Origin: an uncultured Gammaproteobacteria bacterium
GTDB lineage: Bacteria; Pseudomonadota; Gammaproteobacteria; Magnimaribacterales; D2472
Reading direction: 5' to 3'
DNA length: 62,400 nucleotides
Assembly (NCBI GenBank): GCA_964469915.1
Contig: CAYXZT010000001.1
Coordinates: forward strand, 29,938-92,337
Shown: positions 1-10,926 of the stretch, one piece after another
Numbering within the stretch: position 1 is the stretch's first letter
Layout of the letters: each line of letters begins with the position of its first letter
Position numbers and translations under genes: made by a program
The notes under the pieces: generated by a model
The model's database searches: none
Told to the model about the DNA's origin: nothing
The model's input: only the letters and a program-made list of their open reading frames with translations

Positions 1-1177
1 TGAAACCAATTTGATTATTAACAATAATATGTATTGTTCCACCAACATAGAACCCCCTGGTTTGCGACATTTGAAGAGATTCCATCACAACACCCTGGCC
101 TGAAAAAGATGCATCACCATGAAGTAAAATTGGAACAACTTTTTTTCTTTCTGAATCACCAAGCCTATCTTGCCTTGCTCTTACAGAGCCTAATACGACA
201 GGATCTACAATTTCTAGATGAGATGGATTGTTATTAAGAGAAACATGAACTTCTCCACCAGGTGTGTTTAGATTTGATGAAAACCCTAGGTGATATTTAA
301 CATCACCAGTATTTGCTCCTTCAAGCTCAGCAGTTTCATCGAAAGCAGAAAATAAATCAGCAGGTAGTTTTCCTAACACATTAACTAGTAAGTTTAATCT
401 ACCTCTATGCGCCATCCCAAAACATATTTGGTTAGCGCCAAGTTCTCCACAATTCTGGATGGCTGCATCTATTAGTGGTACTAAAGATTCACATCCATCA
501 ATACCAAAACGTTTCATACCTGGATATTTTGCAGCCAAATATTTTGCAAGGCCTTCAGCAGAATTTAACCTCTCATAAATATGTAATTTTTCTTCTTTAG
601 AAAAAGAGTATTGCTCAAGCTTTGACTCGAATTTTTTCTGAAACCACCTTCGCTCATCAGAATCCATTATGTAGTTATATTCAATTCCAATAGTTCCACA
701 ATATATAGATCTTAAACTAGAGACTATATCCCTTAAGCTTGCTTTTTTTGATCCAGTTAAGAAAGTATCAGTATAAAACTCAACATCTAAATCATCTGTA
801 GAAAGGCCATGAAATTCTATATCAAGGTCCTCAATAACTTGTCTATCCATCATGCCTAATGGATCTAACTTTGCTTCTTGATGACCTCTATTTCTGTATG
901 CCTGGATAAGTCTGATAACTTTGCCTTGTCTTTCATCAATTTCTTCATTAAGTAGGGTTGAGGTTCTTGGCAGATTTCTGAATTCATTGATAATGGTTTG
1001 ATGTGAAATATCTCTACTAGAATTTGAATCAGATGGTAGATTATTAAAAAAACTTTGCCATTCTGTTGATAAGTTTTCAGGGTCAGTTATGTATATCTCA
1101 TATAGAGATTCTAAATAATCCGCATGGCCCGCTGATATGTGAGAACTTTTCCAAAGCTCTTCCATTGATTGATTCAT
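1..1177 (-). CDS. sucA: 2-oxoglutarate dehydrogenase E1 component, N-terminal 392 codons; runs off the left edge of the window
   Basis: Not in the ORF track because it has no stop in the window. My reverse-complement translation from the ATG at 1177..1175 reads MNQSMEELWKSSHISAGHADYLESLYE...YPGMKRFGIDGCESL...DVKYHLGFSS...GGTIHIIVNNQIGF, typical of the OGDH E1 N-terminus. It lies directly downstream of sdhB as in sdhCDAB-sucABCD. Confidence 0.9.
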   Translation of the reverse strand, partial: MNQSMEELWKSSHISAGHADYLESLYEIYITDPENLSTEWQSFFNNLPSDSNSSRDISHQTIINEFRNLPRTSTLLNEEIDERQGKVIRLIQAYRNRGHQEAKLDPLGMMDRQVIEDLDIEFHGLSTDDLDVEFYTDTFLTGSKKASLRDIVSSLRSIYCGTIGIEYNYIMDSDERRWFQKKFESKLEQYSFSKEEKLHIYERLNSAEGLAKYLAAKYPGMKRFGIDGCESLVPLIDAAIQNCGELGANQICFGMAHRGRLNLLVNVLGKLPADLFSAFDETAELEGANTGDVKYHLGFSSNLNTPGGEVHVSLNNNPSHLEIVDPVVLGSVRARQDRLGDSERKKVVPILLHGDASFSGQGVVMESLQMSQTRGFYVGGTIHIIVNNQIGF

Positions 1178-1193
1178 TGTCTAAATAATCTTT

Positions 1194-1937
1194 TTAATTA
1201 GTTCCATCGGATGTAATTATATTCTTCTTAGACTTCAAAAGCATTGATTTTATTTCACCAATTGCTTTATTTGGATTTAAACCTTTTGGACAAACACTTA
1301 CACAATTCATAATTCCATGACATCTGTAAACACTAAATGGGTCTGAAAGCTCATCAAGTCTTTCAACTGTTTCTAAATCCCTTGAATCAGCAATAAATCT
1401 GTATGCCTGAAGTAAAGCTGCTGGACCAACAAACTTATCTGGATTCCACCAGAATGAAGGGCAGCTTGTTGAACAACAAGCACAAAGTATACATTCATAT
1501 AATCCGTCTAGCTTGTCTCTATCTTCAGGTGATTGCAGTCTTTCTTGCTCAGGAGCAGTTGTATTATTTTGTAAGAAGGGTTTTATTTTTTCATACTGAG
1601 CATAGAATTCTGTCATATCGACAACTAAATCTCTAATTACTGGCAGGCCTGGAAGCGGTCTTAATTCAATCTTATCTTTTTTTAACACTGACGAGATTGG
1701 TGTTATACATGCTAAACCATTTTTACCATTTATATTCATTCCGTCAGAACCACAAACACCTTCTCTGCATGATCGTCTATATGAAATTGATCCGTCTTCT
1801 TCCTTTAATAAATGAAGTAAATCAAGAACCATAATATCTCTAGCCGGCTTATCTATTTTATATTTTTTCATATACGGAAATTTATCCAGTTCAGGATTAT
1901 ATCTGTACATACTTACTTCTATTTGATTAGCAGGCAT
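1194..1937 (-). CDS. sdhB: Succinate dehydrogenase iron-sulfur subunit
   Basis: Three Cys clusters are present: CREGVCGSDGMNING, CILCACCSTSCPSFWWN and CHGIMNCVSVCPKGLNP. Synteny with sdhA supports the call. Confidence 0.95.
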   Translation of the reverse strand: MPANQIEVSMYRYNPELDKFPYMKKYKIDKPARDIMVLDLLHLLKEEDGSISYRRSCREGVCGSDGMNINGKNGLACITPISSVLKKDKIELRPLPGLPVIRDLVVDMTEFYAQYEKIKPFLQNNTTAPEQERLQSPEDRDKLDGLYECILCACCSTSCPSFWWNPDKFVGPAALLQAYRFIADSRDLETVERLDELSDPFSVYRCHGIMNCVSVCPKGLNPNKAIGEIKSMLLKSKKNIITSDGTN

Positions 1938-3721
1938 TAGTAAGTTCTCACTATGGGTGGAAAAGCATCTACTTTTGTAGGTGCAAAATTTACTTCTCTT
2001 TTTGAAACCTTTTTATCAATTGGATCATAAAAAGAATGACATAACCAATTATCATCATCTCTGTCTGGGTAATCGTCTCTTGCATGTGCTCCTCTACTTT
2101 CATTCCTCTCGAATGCAGATACGGCAGTCGCCTCAGCAACTTCAAATAAATTTTGAAGTTCTATTGCCTCAACCCTGCTAGTATTGAATGCGGAACTTTT
2201 ATCTTGTAGGTGCAAGTTGTTAACTTTTTCTCTGATTTCAGACAGTTCATTTAGTCCTTTTTCCATAAAGTCACCCCTTCTGAAAACACCGAAATAATTT
2301 TGCATACATTCCTGTAACTCTCGCTTAACAGAAGCAGTTTCATAGCCACTACTAGATTCATTTAGTTTATTTAGACGTTCAAGGGACGAATTTATATCAT
2401 CATTGGTAGAAGACTCAACACCGCCGCCAGATTTAAGCTCTTCTTGTATATGCTTACCGGTTGCTCTTCCAAACACAACTAAATCTAAAAGAGAGTTGCC
2501 GCCAAGTCTGTTTGCGCCATGAACCGATACGCATGCTGCCTCACCTGCAGCAAATAAACCTGAAATAATAGAGTCATTACCATTTATTCTTTTGAAAGCT
2601 TGTCCATTAACATTTGTCGGTGTCCCACCCATCATGTAGTGACAAGTTGGAACTACAGGAATTGGTTCATATATAGGATCAACATGAGCAAATGTTCTTG
2701 AAAGTTCACATATACCAGGCAGCTTTGAATTAAGAACATCTGCACCTAAGTGATCTAATTTAAGAAATATGTGATCTGCATTTTCACCACAACCTCTTCC
2801 TTCTAAAATTTCTAATACCATTGATCGTGCTACAACATCTCTGCCAGCTAGGTCTTTAACATTTGGAGCATACCTTTCCATAAATCTTTCACCATCTTTA
2901 TTGATGAGATAACCGCCCTCACCTCTACACCCTTCAGTGACCAATGAACCTGCACCATATATTCCAGTGGGGTGAAATTGCCACATTTCCATATCTTGAG
3001 CCGGGAAACCTGCCCTTAAAGCCATCGCCAAACCATCACCAGTATTTATTAGTGCATTAGTAGTAGATGCATATATTCTTCCTGCGCCACCAGTAGCCAT
3101 AACAGTTGCCTGAGCTTTTAAATATGCAACCTCACCAGACTCTATTGAAAAAGCAATAACGCCTGTTACTTCATCCTTGCTGTTTTTGACTATATCGACT
3201 GCAAACCATTCATTTAAAAAGTTTGTTCCTTCTTTCACATTGTTTTGGTATAGGGTATGTAGTAAAGCGTGCCCTGTTCTATCTGCAGCAGCGCATGTTC
3301 TGGCAGCTTGGCCACCCTTACCGAAATCTTTAGACTGACCACCAAAGGGCCTCTGATAAATTCTTCCATTCTCAAACCTCGAAAATGGTAAACCCATATG
3401 TTCAAGTTCAAAAACAGCTTTGGGGCCCTCAGAGCAAAGATATTCTATTGCATCTTGATCTCCAATAAAATCTGCACCTTTAACAGTGTCATACATATGC
3501 CACCTCCAATCATCATTTGGATCAGCACTTGCTATAGCGCATGTAATACCACCTTGAGCAGATACAGTATGAGATCTTGTTGGGAACACTTTTGATACGA
3601 CTGCAGTTTTGAGCCCAGATTTAGCTAACTCTAGTGAGGCTCTCATTCCTGAGCCTCCACCGCCCACTATAAGGGCATCAAATTCTATTGTTTTTATATC
3701 ATTGGCTAAAATACTATTCAT
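1937..3721 (-). CDS. sdhA: Succinate dehydrogenase flavoprotein subunit
   Basis: FAD-binding fold [10 protein letters not shown] and the covalent-FAD His context [10 protein letters not shown] are present. Length is 594 aa, and the stop/start overlaps sdhB by 1 nt. Confidence 0.97.
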   Translation of the reverse strand: MNSILANDIKTIEFDALIVGGGGSGMRASLELAKSGLKTAVVSKVFPTRSHTVSAQGGITCAIASADPNDDWRWHMYDTVKGADFIGDQDAIEYLCSEGPKAVFELEHMGLPFSRFENGRIYQRPFGGQSKDFGKGGQAARTCAAADRTGHALLHTLYQNNVKEGTNFLNEWFAVDIVKNSKDEVTGVIAFSIESGEVAYLKAQATVMATGGAGRIYASTTNALINTGDGLAMALRAGFPAQDMEMWQFHPTGIYGAGSLVTEGCRGEGGYLINKDGERFMERYAPNVKDLAGRDVVARSMVLEILEGRGCGENADHIFLKLDHLGADVLNSKLPGICELSRTFAHVDPIYEPIPVVPTCHYMMGGTPTNVNGQAFKRINGNDSIISGLFAAGEAACVSVHGANRLGGNSLLDLVVFGRATGKHIQEELKSGGGVESSTNDDINSSLERLNKLNESSSGYETASVKRELQECMQNYFGVFRRGDFMEKGLNELSEIREKVNNLHLQDKSSAFNTSRVEAIELQNLFEVAEATAVSAFERNESRGAHARDDYPDRDDDNWLCHSFYDPIDKKVSKREVNFAPTKVDAFPPIVRTY

Positions 3722-3766
3722 TAAAGACCTTTATTATTCATTTTTATAATTAATTATACTAATCAT

Positions 3767-4126
3767 TTATATCTTCCATATTATATATAAGATTGATCCT
3801 AAATAAAGTAATCCACTAAATATAAATATAAACAAATATATGCCTCTTATGAGTTCAGCCTTTTTTGATAATCCTGAGTTTAAAAAACCAAGTGTTCTTT
3901 GTGTCAAATAATCTGTTCCAACAGTCCAAAGACCTATAAATGCATGGCATATTATTAGAGCAGAGATAACTGAGGTTATAGCCTTCATCTCAATTGAAGC
4001 TATAAAGCGAGTCCATTCATAATATGAACCAGAGGCATTTATGATATATGCAGCAATATATAAAAAATATGCGAGTATAGCTAGAGAGCTGTATCTTTGT
4101 ATAAACCAAATTACTGAACCTTTCAT
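3767..4126 (-). CDS. sdhD: Succinate dehydrogenase membrane anchor subunit
   Basis: The 119-aa, three-TM protein (MKGSVIWFIQRYSS...HAFIGLWTVGTDY) fits SdhD. I start it at the internal ATG at 4126, which forms an ATGA overlap with the sdhC stop. The longer track ORF (to 4273) would overlap sdhC by 150 nt. Confidence 0.8.
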   Translation of the reverse strand: MKGSVIWFIQRYSSLAILAYFLYIAAYIINASGSYYEWTRFIASIEMKAITSVISALIICHAFIGLWTVGTDYLTQRTLGFLNSGLSKKAELIRGIYLFIFIFSGLLYLGSILYIIWKI

Positions 4127-4506
4127 AAATAAAAATATCCAAATAGACCAATTGTTGTCAGAACCCATAACACAAGGACAAAGATTGATGAGTAATAGGC
4201 ACCTTTTAAGGTTTCTCCTATGTGAAAAAAGTCCATAACAAGATGTCTCACGCCTGTAAGTATGTGGTACCAAAGTATAGAAAAACTTATAAAGACAAAA
4301 ACACTAAATACTGAAATAGATTGAAGACTTGTATAAATTAAATCAAATGAAGTTTTGTTTTTTGTAGAAACAAAAAGCAAATAGATAAAAAGAGGGAGAG
4401 ATATAAAAAAGATATACATGCCTGAGAGTCTATGTGTGATGGAAGAAAAGGCAGACATTGGCAACTTTATTTTTCTTAAGTCAATATATACAGGTCTTTG
4501 ATTCAT
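4123..4506 (-). CDS. sdhC: Succinate dehydrogenase cytochrome b556 subunit
   Basis: A small three-TM protein (MNQRPVYIDLRKIKLPMSAFSSITHRLSG...) in first position of sdhCDAB. The track start at 4512 is TTG; the ATG at 4506 is more likely. Confidence 0.8.
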   Translation of the reverse strand: MNQRPVYIDLRKIKLPMSAFSSITHRLSGMYIFFISLPLFIYLLFVSTKNKTSFDLIYTSLQSISVFSVFVFISFSILWYHILTGVRHLVMDFFHIGETLKGAYYSSIFVLVLWVLTTIGLFGYFYL

Positions 4507-4589
4507 GTTCAAAAATTTATAGTTTTTTGTATTTTAAAGTGTGGTGAGATTATACAGGAGAATTCTTTATCTGATTATCAAAAAAAATA

Positions 4590-5975
4590 TTACTTCTTAT
4601 TTTTTTTGTTGTACTTGATTAATCTTTGTTTCTTTTTTATCTGCCGGTCAGTTAATTTATTAACTTTAGATTCGAATGGATTTTCAGATTTTCTAAAAAT
4701 TAATCTTAATTGAATGCTTTGCAGTTTGAGTTCTGATCTAAAAGAGTTTTCAAGATATTTTTTATAGTTCTGAGGGATCTTTTTATCTTGATTGGAATGA
4801 ATAACTAAAGTAGTAGGGTTAATGCCTGCAAAGTGGACATGCTTTAACTTCAAAACTCTACCATTTACTGATGGAGGAGCACTTTGAGATACAAATTTTT
4901 TAAGCATCTGATTCAATGATGATGTTGAGTGCTTTTTTTGTGCCTTTTCAATAAGACCATTCGCAATTCTAAAAAGCCTTTTAAATCCTAGACCTCTTGT
5001 ACCAGATATCTCTACTTTTATGAAATCAGCAACAAAATTTGACTGAGCCCTTTTTGTTTCATAAATTTCTTCTTTTTGTATTTTAGATAACAAATCAATT
5101 TTATTAAAAGCTATTACAACAGGTTTGCCCATTTCACAAATCATATTTATTATTTTAAGATCTTGATCAACTATTCCTTCTTGTGCGTCGCATATAAAAA
5201 TTACAACATCGCATTCTTCAACTGAATGCATTGCTCTTACGTAAGAAAAATACTCAATCTTATGACTATTTCTATAACCCTTTCTAATACCAGCAGTATC
5301 AATAAAAATAAAATCTTTATCGCCTACAGAAAAAGGAATACTTATGGCATCAATAGTTGTACCAGCAATTTCAGATACGATTAATCTATCTTCTTTAATA
5401 AATTTATTAATAAAAGTAGACTTTCCTGCATTTGGTCTTCCTAAAACAGCTATTTTTTTTCCTTCTGGCGATTCATATTTTTCTTTAGGTAATGAATCTT
5501 TAATAAAGGAACGGAGATCTGTGATATTTCGTGAATGCTCAGCACTTATTTCAAAGTAATTGTTAATACCTTTTTTGTTTAAGTCTAATTTAAGTAGTGA
5601 GTCTGTTTTTTTATCAATTTTATTTAAGACAGTTATAAATTTTTTATTAAGCTTTCTCAAACTTGATAGAATATCTAAATCTTCTTTATTTAAATTCTCA
5701 GACCCATCTAAAAGAAATATAATGAGACTTGATTCCTCAGCAGCAATCCATGCCTGTTCAGCAATATCTTCTTTTAATATTGTTTCGTCCTGAGCTATGC
5801 CGCCGGTATCAATTAATAAAGTTTTTTGATCTCCAAAAGTAATGTAACCATAGTTTCTATCTTTTGTAAGCCCAGAAAAATCAGAAACTATTGCCTTACG
5901 AGATCTTGTTAACTTATTAAATAAGGTTGATTTGCCGACATTTGGCCTACCTATAATTGCGATTGAAGTAAACAT
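4590..5975 (-). CDS. der: Ribosome-associated GTPase Der/EngA
   Basis: Two tandem GTPase domains carry P-loops GRPNVGKSTLFN and GRPNAGKSTFIN, followed by a KH-like basic C-terminus. It lies downstream of bamB as in E. coli. Confidence 0.95.
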   Translation of the reverse strand: MFTSIAIIGRPNVGKSTLFNKLTRSRKAIVSDFSGLTKDRNYGYITFGDQKTLLIDTGGIAQDETILKEDIAEQAWIAAEESSLIIFLLDGSENLNKEDLDILSSLRKLNKKFITVLNKIDKKTDSLLKLDLNKKGINNYFEISAEHSRNITDLRSFIKDSLPKEKYESPEGKKIAVLGRPNAGKSTFINKFIKEDRLIVSEIAGTTIDAISIPFSVGDKDFIFIDTAGIRKGYRNSHKIEYFSYVRAMHSVEECDVVIFICDAQEGIVDQDLKIINMICEMGKPVVIAFNKIDLLSKIQKEEIYETKRAQSNFVADFIKVEISGTRGLGFKRLFRIANGLIEKAQKKHSTSSLNQMLKKFVSQSAPPSVNGRVLKLKHVHFAGINPTTLVIHSNQDKKIPQNYKKYLENSFRSELKLQSIQLRLIFRKSENPFESKVNKLTDRQIKKKQRLIKYNKKNKK

Positions 5976-5990
5976 AAACTAGTTTCATAT

Positions 5991-7163
5991 TTATATACTT
6001 ATTGAATATAAACTGAATCCTTGATCAATTACGTAAAAATTCTCACTTCTACTGATTAAACTTTTAATAGGTTTTTTAGATATTTTTTTTCTGCTTATAG
6101 TTTTTCCATTCAAGGGATCTATTATATGAATAAATCCTTCAAGATCGCCAACTACCATATAACCATTAAAACTTATTGGATTTGAGAGAAGCCTATTAGA
6201 GTAGTCATCAATACTCCATGACTCATCAAATGTCTTCATAGAAAAAGATTTAATAGATGAATCTGACTCTACAACAGCCATCATTCCCCTGAGAACAACA
6301 GGAGAGTGAAATGAGGAAGCTTCTGCAGTCCATACAGACCTTTTTTGAGCAATATCAAAAATATTTAAATTACCTTGGTAATTAGTTGTAAAGACTAAGC
6401 CTGAATCAATTACAGGATTTGAATCAGCATCTATAATATTTTCAAGCTCTGATGCGCCACTTACATATGAAATAGCTCCATCCCAAACAGGAAAGCCTGA
6501 ATCTATTTGAAAAACTCCAAGCCTTCCATTGTCAAAGGTTGCATAGATTTGATTTTCAAATATGACCGGACTACTGCTTCCCCTAATTGTTAGAGTTGGA
6601 AGCTTAGACCTATAAGACCATTTAATTTCACCGGTAATTTTATCAAGAGCCATCAGGTCACCTGAACCAGTTTTCACAATAATGAATTTTGCATCAATAG
6701 CAGCGGGTGCTAAAACCTCACCTTTTACATTAACAGACCAAAGCTCACTCCCATCTTTTTGGTCAATCGCAATCACATTTCCATCTAAATCAGAAACAAT
6801 TAATATTCCAAAACCTGCAGCTATACCTGATGAAAGAAAATTTGTTTCAATGTCCCAATTAACCTTACCAGAAGAGGCGCTTATTGATTTGATGTTACCT
6901 GAGCTATCGGAAGCAAATAAATTATCTCCACTAAATGCAGGTATAAAATTACCTAAACTATTTTCACCATTAAATTTAATTTCCCAATTTCGCTTTGCTT
7001 CAAATTTATTTGTAATTGTGTTCAAAGGCCTAGGCTCATCTAAATCTATTTCATCATTATCCCAAAATTTTAATGATTCCAGTGAAGAGCATGAAGCCAG
7101 AAACATCACTGAAAAGATAGTTATTAGTTGGTTTCTTAAAGAAAGTTTTGCAGAAGTATTCAT
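5991..7163 (-). CDS. bamB: Outer membrane protein assembly factor BamB (PQQ-like beta-propeller lipoprotein)
   Basis: A lipobox is present (FLASCSS). Repeated beta-propeller blades are seen (G.V.A.D...G...W). The yfgM-bamB-der synteny holds, with an ATGA overlap with yfgM. Confidence 0.85.
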   Translation of the reverse strand: MNTSAKLSLRNQLITIFSVMFLASCSSLESLKFWDNDEIDLDEPRPLNTITNKFEAKRNWEIKFNGENSLGNFIPAFSGDNLFASDSSGNIKSISASSGKVNWDIETNFLSSGIAAGFGILIVSDLDGNVIAIDQKDGSELWSVNVKGEVLAPAAIDAKFIIVKTGSGDLMALDKITGEIKWSYRSKLPTLTIRGSSSPVIFENQIYATFDNGRLGVFQIDSGFPVWDGAISYVSGASELENIIDADSNPVIDSGLVFTTNYQGNLNIFDIAQKRSVWTAEASSFHSPVVLRGMMAVVESDSSIKSFSMKTFDESWSIDDYSNRLLSNPISFNGYMVVGDLEGFIHIIDPLNGKTISRKKISKKPIKSLISRSENFYVIDQGFSLYSISI

Positions 7164-7795
7164 TTAAGATTAGCCAGCTTCATTGCAACAATAGATTTTG
7201 AAGTTTCATCACTATACAAATCTTCTGCTTTGAGATATTGTTCTTTTGCGAGAGAAGATTGTTCTTTTTTTACCAGAATATCTCCAGTTAACTCGTGTAT
7301 ATAAGCATTAGTTGTTGAAGTTGAGTATTTATCAAGCATTGCTAAGGCTTCATCAAATTGCTCTTTAGATGCTAAAAGTCTAGCAGAACTAACTCTAGCA
7401 AGTTTGTTATATATCTTGTTGCCTTTGAAGCCATCAGTGAGATCAATAAGCAAGCTATATTTAGCAAGAGCGCCTTCAATATCACCATTAGATGCTTGTT
7501 TTGTTGCTACCTCTAACAATGCAATTTTTGTATATCCGGTCTTTTTATATAATGTAATAAGTTCATCAAACTTAATTTGAGCATTGGCTTCATCATCTTT
7601 GGAAACAAAATCAGACCATTCATTAAATATTAATGCTGCCTTTTCATTACTATTTTTTGCAATAAAGTTCATTGAGAATGTAATTGCAAAGGCAAGAAGA
7701 AAAGATACTAAAGATATTAATAGAATTGTTTTATATTTTGTAAAAAAACTTTGTAAGCCTGCAAATCTGCTGTCGTTATCATATATTTCGTTCAT
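7160..7795 (-). CDS. yfgM: YfgM-like TPR membrane protein (ancillary SecYEG translocon subunit family)
   Basis: It has an N-terminal TM helix followed by a helical TPR-like domain. It occupies the conserved position between hisS and bamB. Confidence 0.7.
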   Translation of the reverse strand: MNEIYDNDSRFAGLQSFFTKYKTILLISLVSFLLAFAITFSMNFIAKNSNEKAALIFNEWSDFVSKDDEANAQIKFDELITLYKKTGYTKIALLEVATKQASNGDIEGALAKYSLLIDLTDGFKGNKIYNKLARVSSARLLASKEQFDEALAMLDKYSTSTTNAYIHELTGDILVKKEQSSLAKEQYLKAEDLYSDETSKSIVAMKLANLK

Positions 7796-7810
7796 AATTA
7801 CTTCCTGAAA

Positions 7811-9073
7811 TTATAGTGCCTTATAAAAACTATATAGGTCACTAATTGAGACAGTTTCCTGATCTTTTAGTTCATCATCCAAAAACTTAATGATCGCCGT
7901 TCCCTCTCTTAATTCTTCTTCTCCAATAATAATTGCATAGTCAGAATTATTCTTATTTGCTTTTCTTAGTTTAGATTTAAGACTACCTTCAGATAACTGT
8001 AAATCCAAAATAATATCACTATTCAATGACCTTAGTTGGTGCGCTATTTTATATGGTTTTGACTCTAAATTGCTAGTAAGTGTAATAAATGAAATAATTT
8101 TATTCGAAGGAGTGAAGTCGCTGATTAAGCTAGCAAATCTTTCAATTCCAATTGCCATACCAATTGACGGCAGACTTTTGCCACCCAGTTTTGAAGAGAG
8201 ATTATCATATCGACCGCCACCTAAAAAAGAATCTTGAGCTCCAAGATCCGATGAAAGCGCCTCGAATACAAAGCCAGAGTAATAATCTAAACCTCTCACA
8301 AGGGTGTAATCAACCTCAATGTTACAAATATCTTTATATTCATTTTGGATTTTATTAAGAAGAGTTAATGCGGAGGGTTCAATGAAATCTTTAATTGATG
8401 GAGCGTTTAATAGTAGTGACTGAGTTTCTTTATTTTTTGAATCAAGAATTCGTAGTGGGTTTTTACTAAGTCTAGAAATGTCTTTTTCATCTAATTTATC
8501 TTTGAAAGGCTCAAGATATGAAACCAAAGCATCGCAGAAAGATTTTTTGCTATCTTGATTACCAAGGTGATTAATTTTTACTGTACATTTTTTTAGATTA
8601 AACTCTTTTATTATTGAGCAAACCATCGATATTATCTCGAACTCTGCCGCTCCCTCCTCATAACCAAGAATTTCTACTCCTGCTTGATAGAATTGTCTGT
8701 ACCTTCCTTTTTGTGGCCTTTCATATCGCCACATAGGCCCCATGTACCATATTTTATGAGTTGATTGATCAAGTTTTTTTTCTATTATTGCTCTGATTGC
8801 ACTTGCAGTCCCCTCTGGCCTAAGAGCTATATTTTTATTATTTCTATCATCGAAAGAATAAATCTCTTTATTTACAATATCAGATGAGTCTCCAGCAGAA
8901 CGAATAAATAAGTTTGTATCCTCTAGCGCTGGAGTTCTAATTTCACTATATTTGTAACTTGAAAAAATTTTTTTAATTCTTTTCTCAGTCTCAAATATTT
9001 TTACAGATATATTATCTCTATCGCCATCATCATAATGATCTAGCATTCCAGTTAATGAGTGAATTTTATCCAT
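7811..9073 (-). CDS. hisS: Histidine--tRNA ligase
   Basis: Class II motifs RPEGTASAIR and GGGRYDNL are present, with a C-terminal anticodon-binding domain. Length is 420 aa. Confidence 0.95.
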   Translation of the reverse strand: MDKIHSLTGMLDHYDDGDRDNISVKIFETEKRIKKIFSSYKYSEIRTPALEDTNLFIRSAGDSSDIVNKEIYSFDDRNNKNIALRPEGTASAIRAIIEKKLDQSTHKIWYMGPMWRYERPQKGRYRQFYQAGVEILGYEEGAAEFEIISMVCSIIKEFNLKKCTVKINHLGNQDSKKSFCDALVSYLEPFKDKLDEKDISRLSKNPLRILDSKNKETQSLLLNAPSIKDFIEPSALTLLNKIQNEYKDICNIEVDYTLVRGLDYYSGFVFEALSSDLGAQDSFLGGGRYDNLSSKLGGKSLPSIGMAIGIERFASLISDFTPSNKIISFITLTSNLESKPYKIAHQLRSLNSDIILDLQLSEGSLKSKLRKANKNNSDYAIIIGEEELREGTAIIKFLDDELKDQETVSISDLYSFYKAL

Positions 9074-9074
9074 T

Positions 9075-10172
9075 TCAGCTCCTTGCTATTATTTCTACTG
9101 AGTCTCTTAAAGATATCTTTGTCCTTACCCTATCTTCTATTTCATTTACTATATCTTTGCTGTTAATTTTTTTATCAGGCGAACCATCAACATACAATAA
9201 ATTCTGAGGGCTAGCGCCAGTTAGTCCTATTTCAGCAGCCTTACTTTCTCCTGGTCCATTAACATAACATCCTATAACAGCTACTTCGATATCTTCGCTT
9301 ATATCTTCGAGGCGCTCTTCTAGTTCATTAACAACTTCTATCACATTAAAGTTTTGGCGAGAGCAACTTGGGCATGCAATAATTTTTACCCCTCTGCTTC
9401 TTATATTTAAACTTCTTAATATATCCCAGCCAATTTTAATTTCATCTACAGGATCAGAAGCAAGAGAAATTCTTATAGTATCTCCGATTCCCTCAGAAAG
9501 AAGCATACCAACACCAATAGAAGATTTAACAGTACCAGCTCTATAGCTTCCTGCTTCAGTAATACCAAGATGAAGAGGCTGATCAATCAATTTAGATATT
9601 TTTCTATATGCCTCAACAGTCATTTCGATATTAGATGCTTTTAGACTCATTTTATAATTATCGAAATCAAATTTATCTAATATTTCAACATGTCTTAGAG
9701 CCGATTCAACTAAGGCATCTGCATTTGGCTCCCCGTATTTTTTTTGAAGATCTTTTTCAAGGGACCCGGCATTTACACCAACTCTTATGGGAATATTATT
9801 ATATTTTGCTGCATTGATGACTTCAGTTACCCTATCTTCCTTACCAATATTGCCTGGATTTATTCTTAGGCAATCTGCAGTATCAGCAACCTCAAGTGCT
9901 ATTTTGTAATCGAAGTGAATATCTGCGACTAGAGGGATATCGACAGAACGCCTAATTTTTTTAAACGCAGCTGCTTCTTCAAATCCAGGGACTGATACTC
10001 TTACTATATCTGCCCCAGCAGCCTTTAAATCATTGATCTGTTTAACGGTTGCAAGTACATCACATGTGTTCGTGTTAGTCATTGATTGAACACTAATCGG
10101 ATTGTTATTGCCAACGATTACATCGCCAACATTTACAGCTTTGGTATCTCGCCTTTTTATCCAATCATTCAT
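9075..10172 (-). CDS. ispG: 4-hydroxy-3-methylbut-2-en-1-yl diphosphate synthase (flavodoxin)
   Basis: The 365-aa protein carries Cys ligands ACPSCSRQ and GCYVNGPGE. The rodZ-ispG-hisS synteny holds. Confidence 0.95.
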   Translation of the reverse strand: MNDWIKRRDTKAVNVGDVIVGNNNPISVQSMTNTNTCDVLATVKQINDLKAAGADIVRVSVPGFEEAAAFKKIRRSVDIPLVADIHFDYKIALEVADTADCLRINPGNIGKEDRVTEVINAAKYNNIPIRVGVNAGSLEKDLQKKYGEPNADALVESALRHVEILDKFDFDNYKMSLKASNIEMTVEAYRKISKLIDQPLHLGITEAGSYRAGTVKSSIGVGMLLSEGIGDTIRISLASDPVDEIKIGWDILRSLNIRSRGVKIIACPSCSRQNFNVIEVVNELEERLEDISEDIEVAVIGCYVNGPGESKAAEIGLTGASPQNLLYVDGSPDKKINSKDIVNEIEDRVRTKISLRDSVEIIARS

Positions 10173-10926
10173 TGTTAAAAATAATAGTGTTTACATTAAG
10201 TCTATTAGCATTGGTAATAAAATCAATCTCAACCCCATTATATGCTCCCGTGACAGCATTGGCATTCCCAACAATAATTTTATAAGGCTTTTCGATAAAT
10301 ATAGTATATGAATCACCTGATTGAAATAACTGACTTTCAATAAGAGTATCGCCAGAATATAGCTCTATCCAGCATTCATCTGAAAAAGTTAGTTGTAATT
10401 GGTTTTCTGTCATCAAGAGTGGAGTATTTGGAATATCTTCTTGTACATATTCCATAGCTTTATTTTTATTAACTGAGGTTATTATTTGAGAAAGTGATTC
10501 CTTGCTTATATCTGTTTCATACTGGTCTTTTTTTTCGGTATTTATATCGCCTAATAGGGTTCTGATCAAAATAGATGCAACTAAAATGCAAAGTACCAAG
10601 CCAATTGCAAGAACAAATTTTTTAAAGGACTTATTGAAGACTGCAACTGATTTTTTTACTATCTGATCTTTTCTGTTCTCCGAAACATAAATAGATGGGA
10701 AATCGCATTGTATGCCTAAAAAATCTTGATACTTAATAAAATATGCTCTGGCAAAACCCTCACTTGGAAAGTCTGAATAATCGCCTGATTCGATGGCTTT
10801 TATGTATTTAATATTTATTAAAGTCTTATCAGCAACATCTTCAATTGTTAACTTTTGTTCAAGCCTTGCATCTTTAAAGCTTATTCCAGTTTTAGCAGAA
10901 TTTGCAGACTTTAAATAATCAGTCAT
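10165..10926 (-). CDS. rodZ: Cytoskeleton protein RodZ
   Basis: It has an N-terminal XRE-type HTH ([21 protein letters not shown]), a single TM helix and a C-terminal beta domain. It sits between rlmN and ispG. Confidence 0.75.
   Translation of the reverse strand: MTDYLKSANSAKTGISFKDARLEQKLTIEDVADKTLINIKYIKAIESGDYSDFPSEGFARAYFIKYQDFLGIQCDFPSIYVSENRKDQIVKKSVAVFNKSFKKFVLAIGLVLCILVASILIRTLLGDINTEKKDQYETDISKESLSQIITSVNKNKAMEYVQEDIPNTPLLMTENQLQLTFSDECWIELYSGDTLIESQLFQSGDSYTIFIEKPYKIIVGNANAVTGAYNGVEIDFITNANRLNVNTIIFNNE

Noticed and set aside
4127-4273. N-terminal extensions in the ORF track for sdhD (to 4273), iscU (to 13834), ybgC (to 27204), mraZ (to 62320), ftsB (to 39299), murE (to 57920) and murD (to 54007).
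   Set aside because: The extensions overlap the upstream gene or a regulatory site, often begin with TTG or GTG, and have no counterpart in homologues. Internal ATGs give canonical N-termini and typical ATGA/TAATG junctions.
6682-7167. A 161-aa ORF on the plus strand, antisense to bamB.
   Set aside because: It lies entirely inside the well-supported bamB gene, which has a lipobox, propeller repeats and synteny. Its product is low-complexity Ser/Leu/Pro-rich with no recognisable motif. Long antisense ORFs are expected by chance opposite AT-rich coding sequence.
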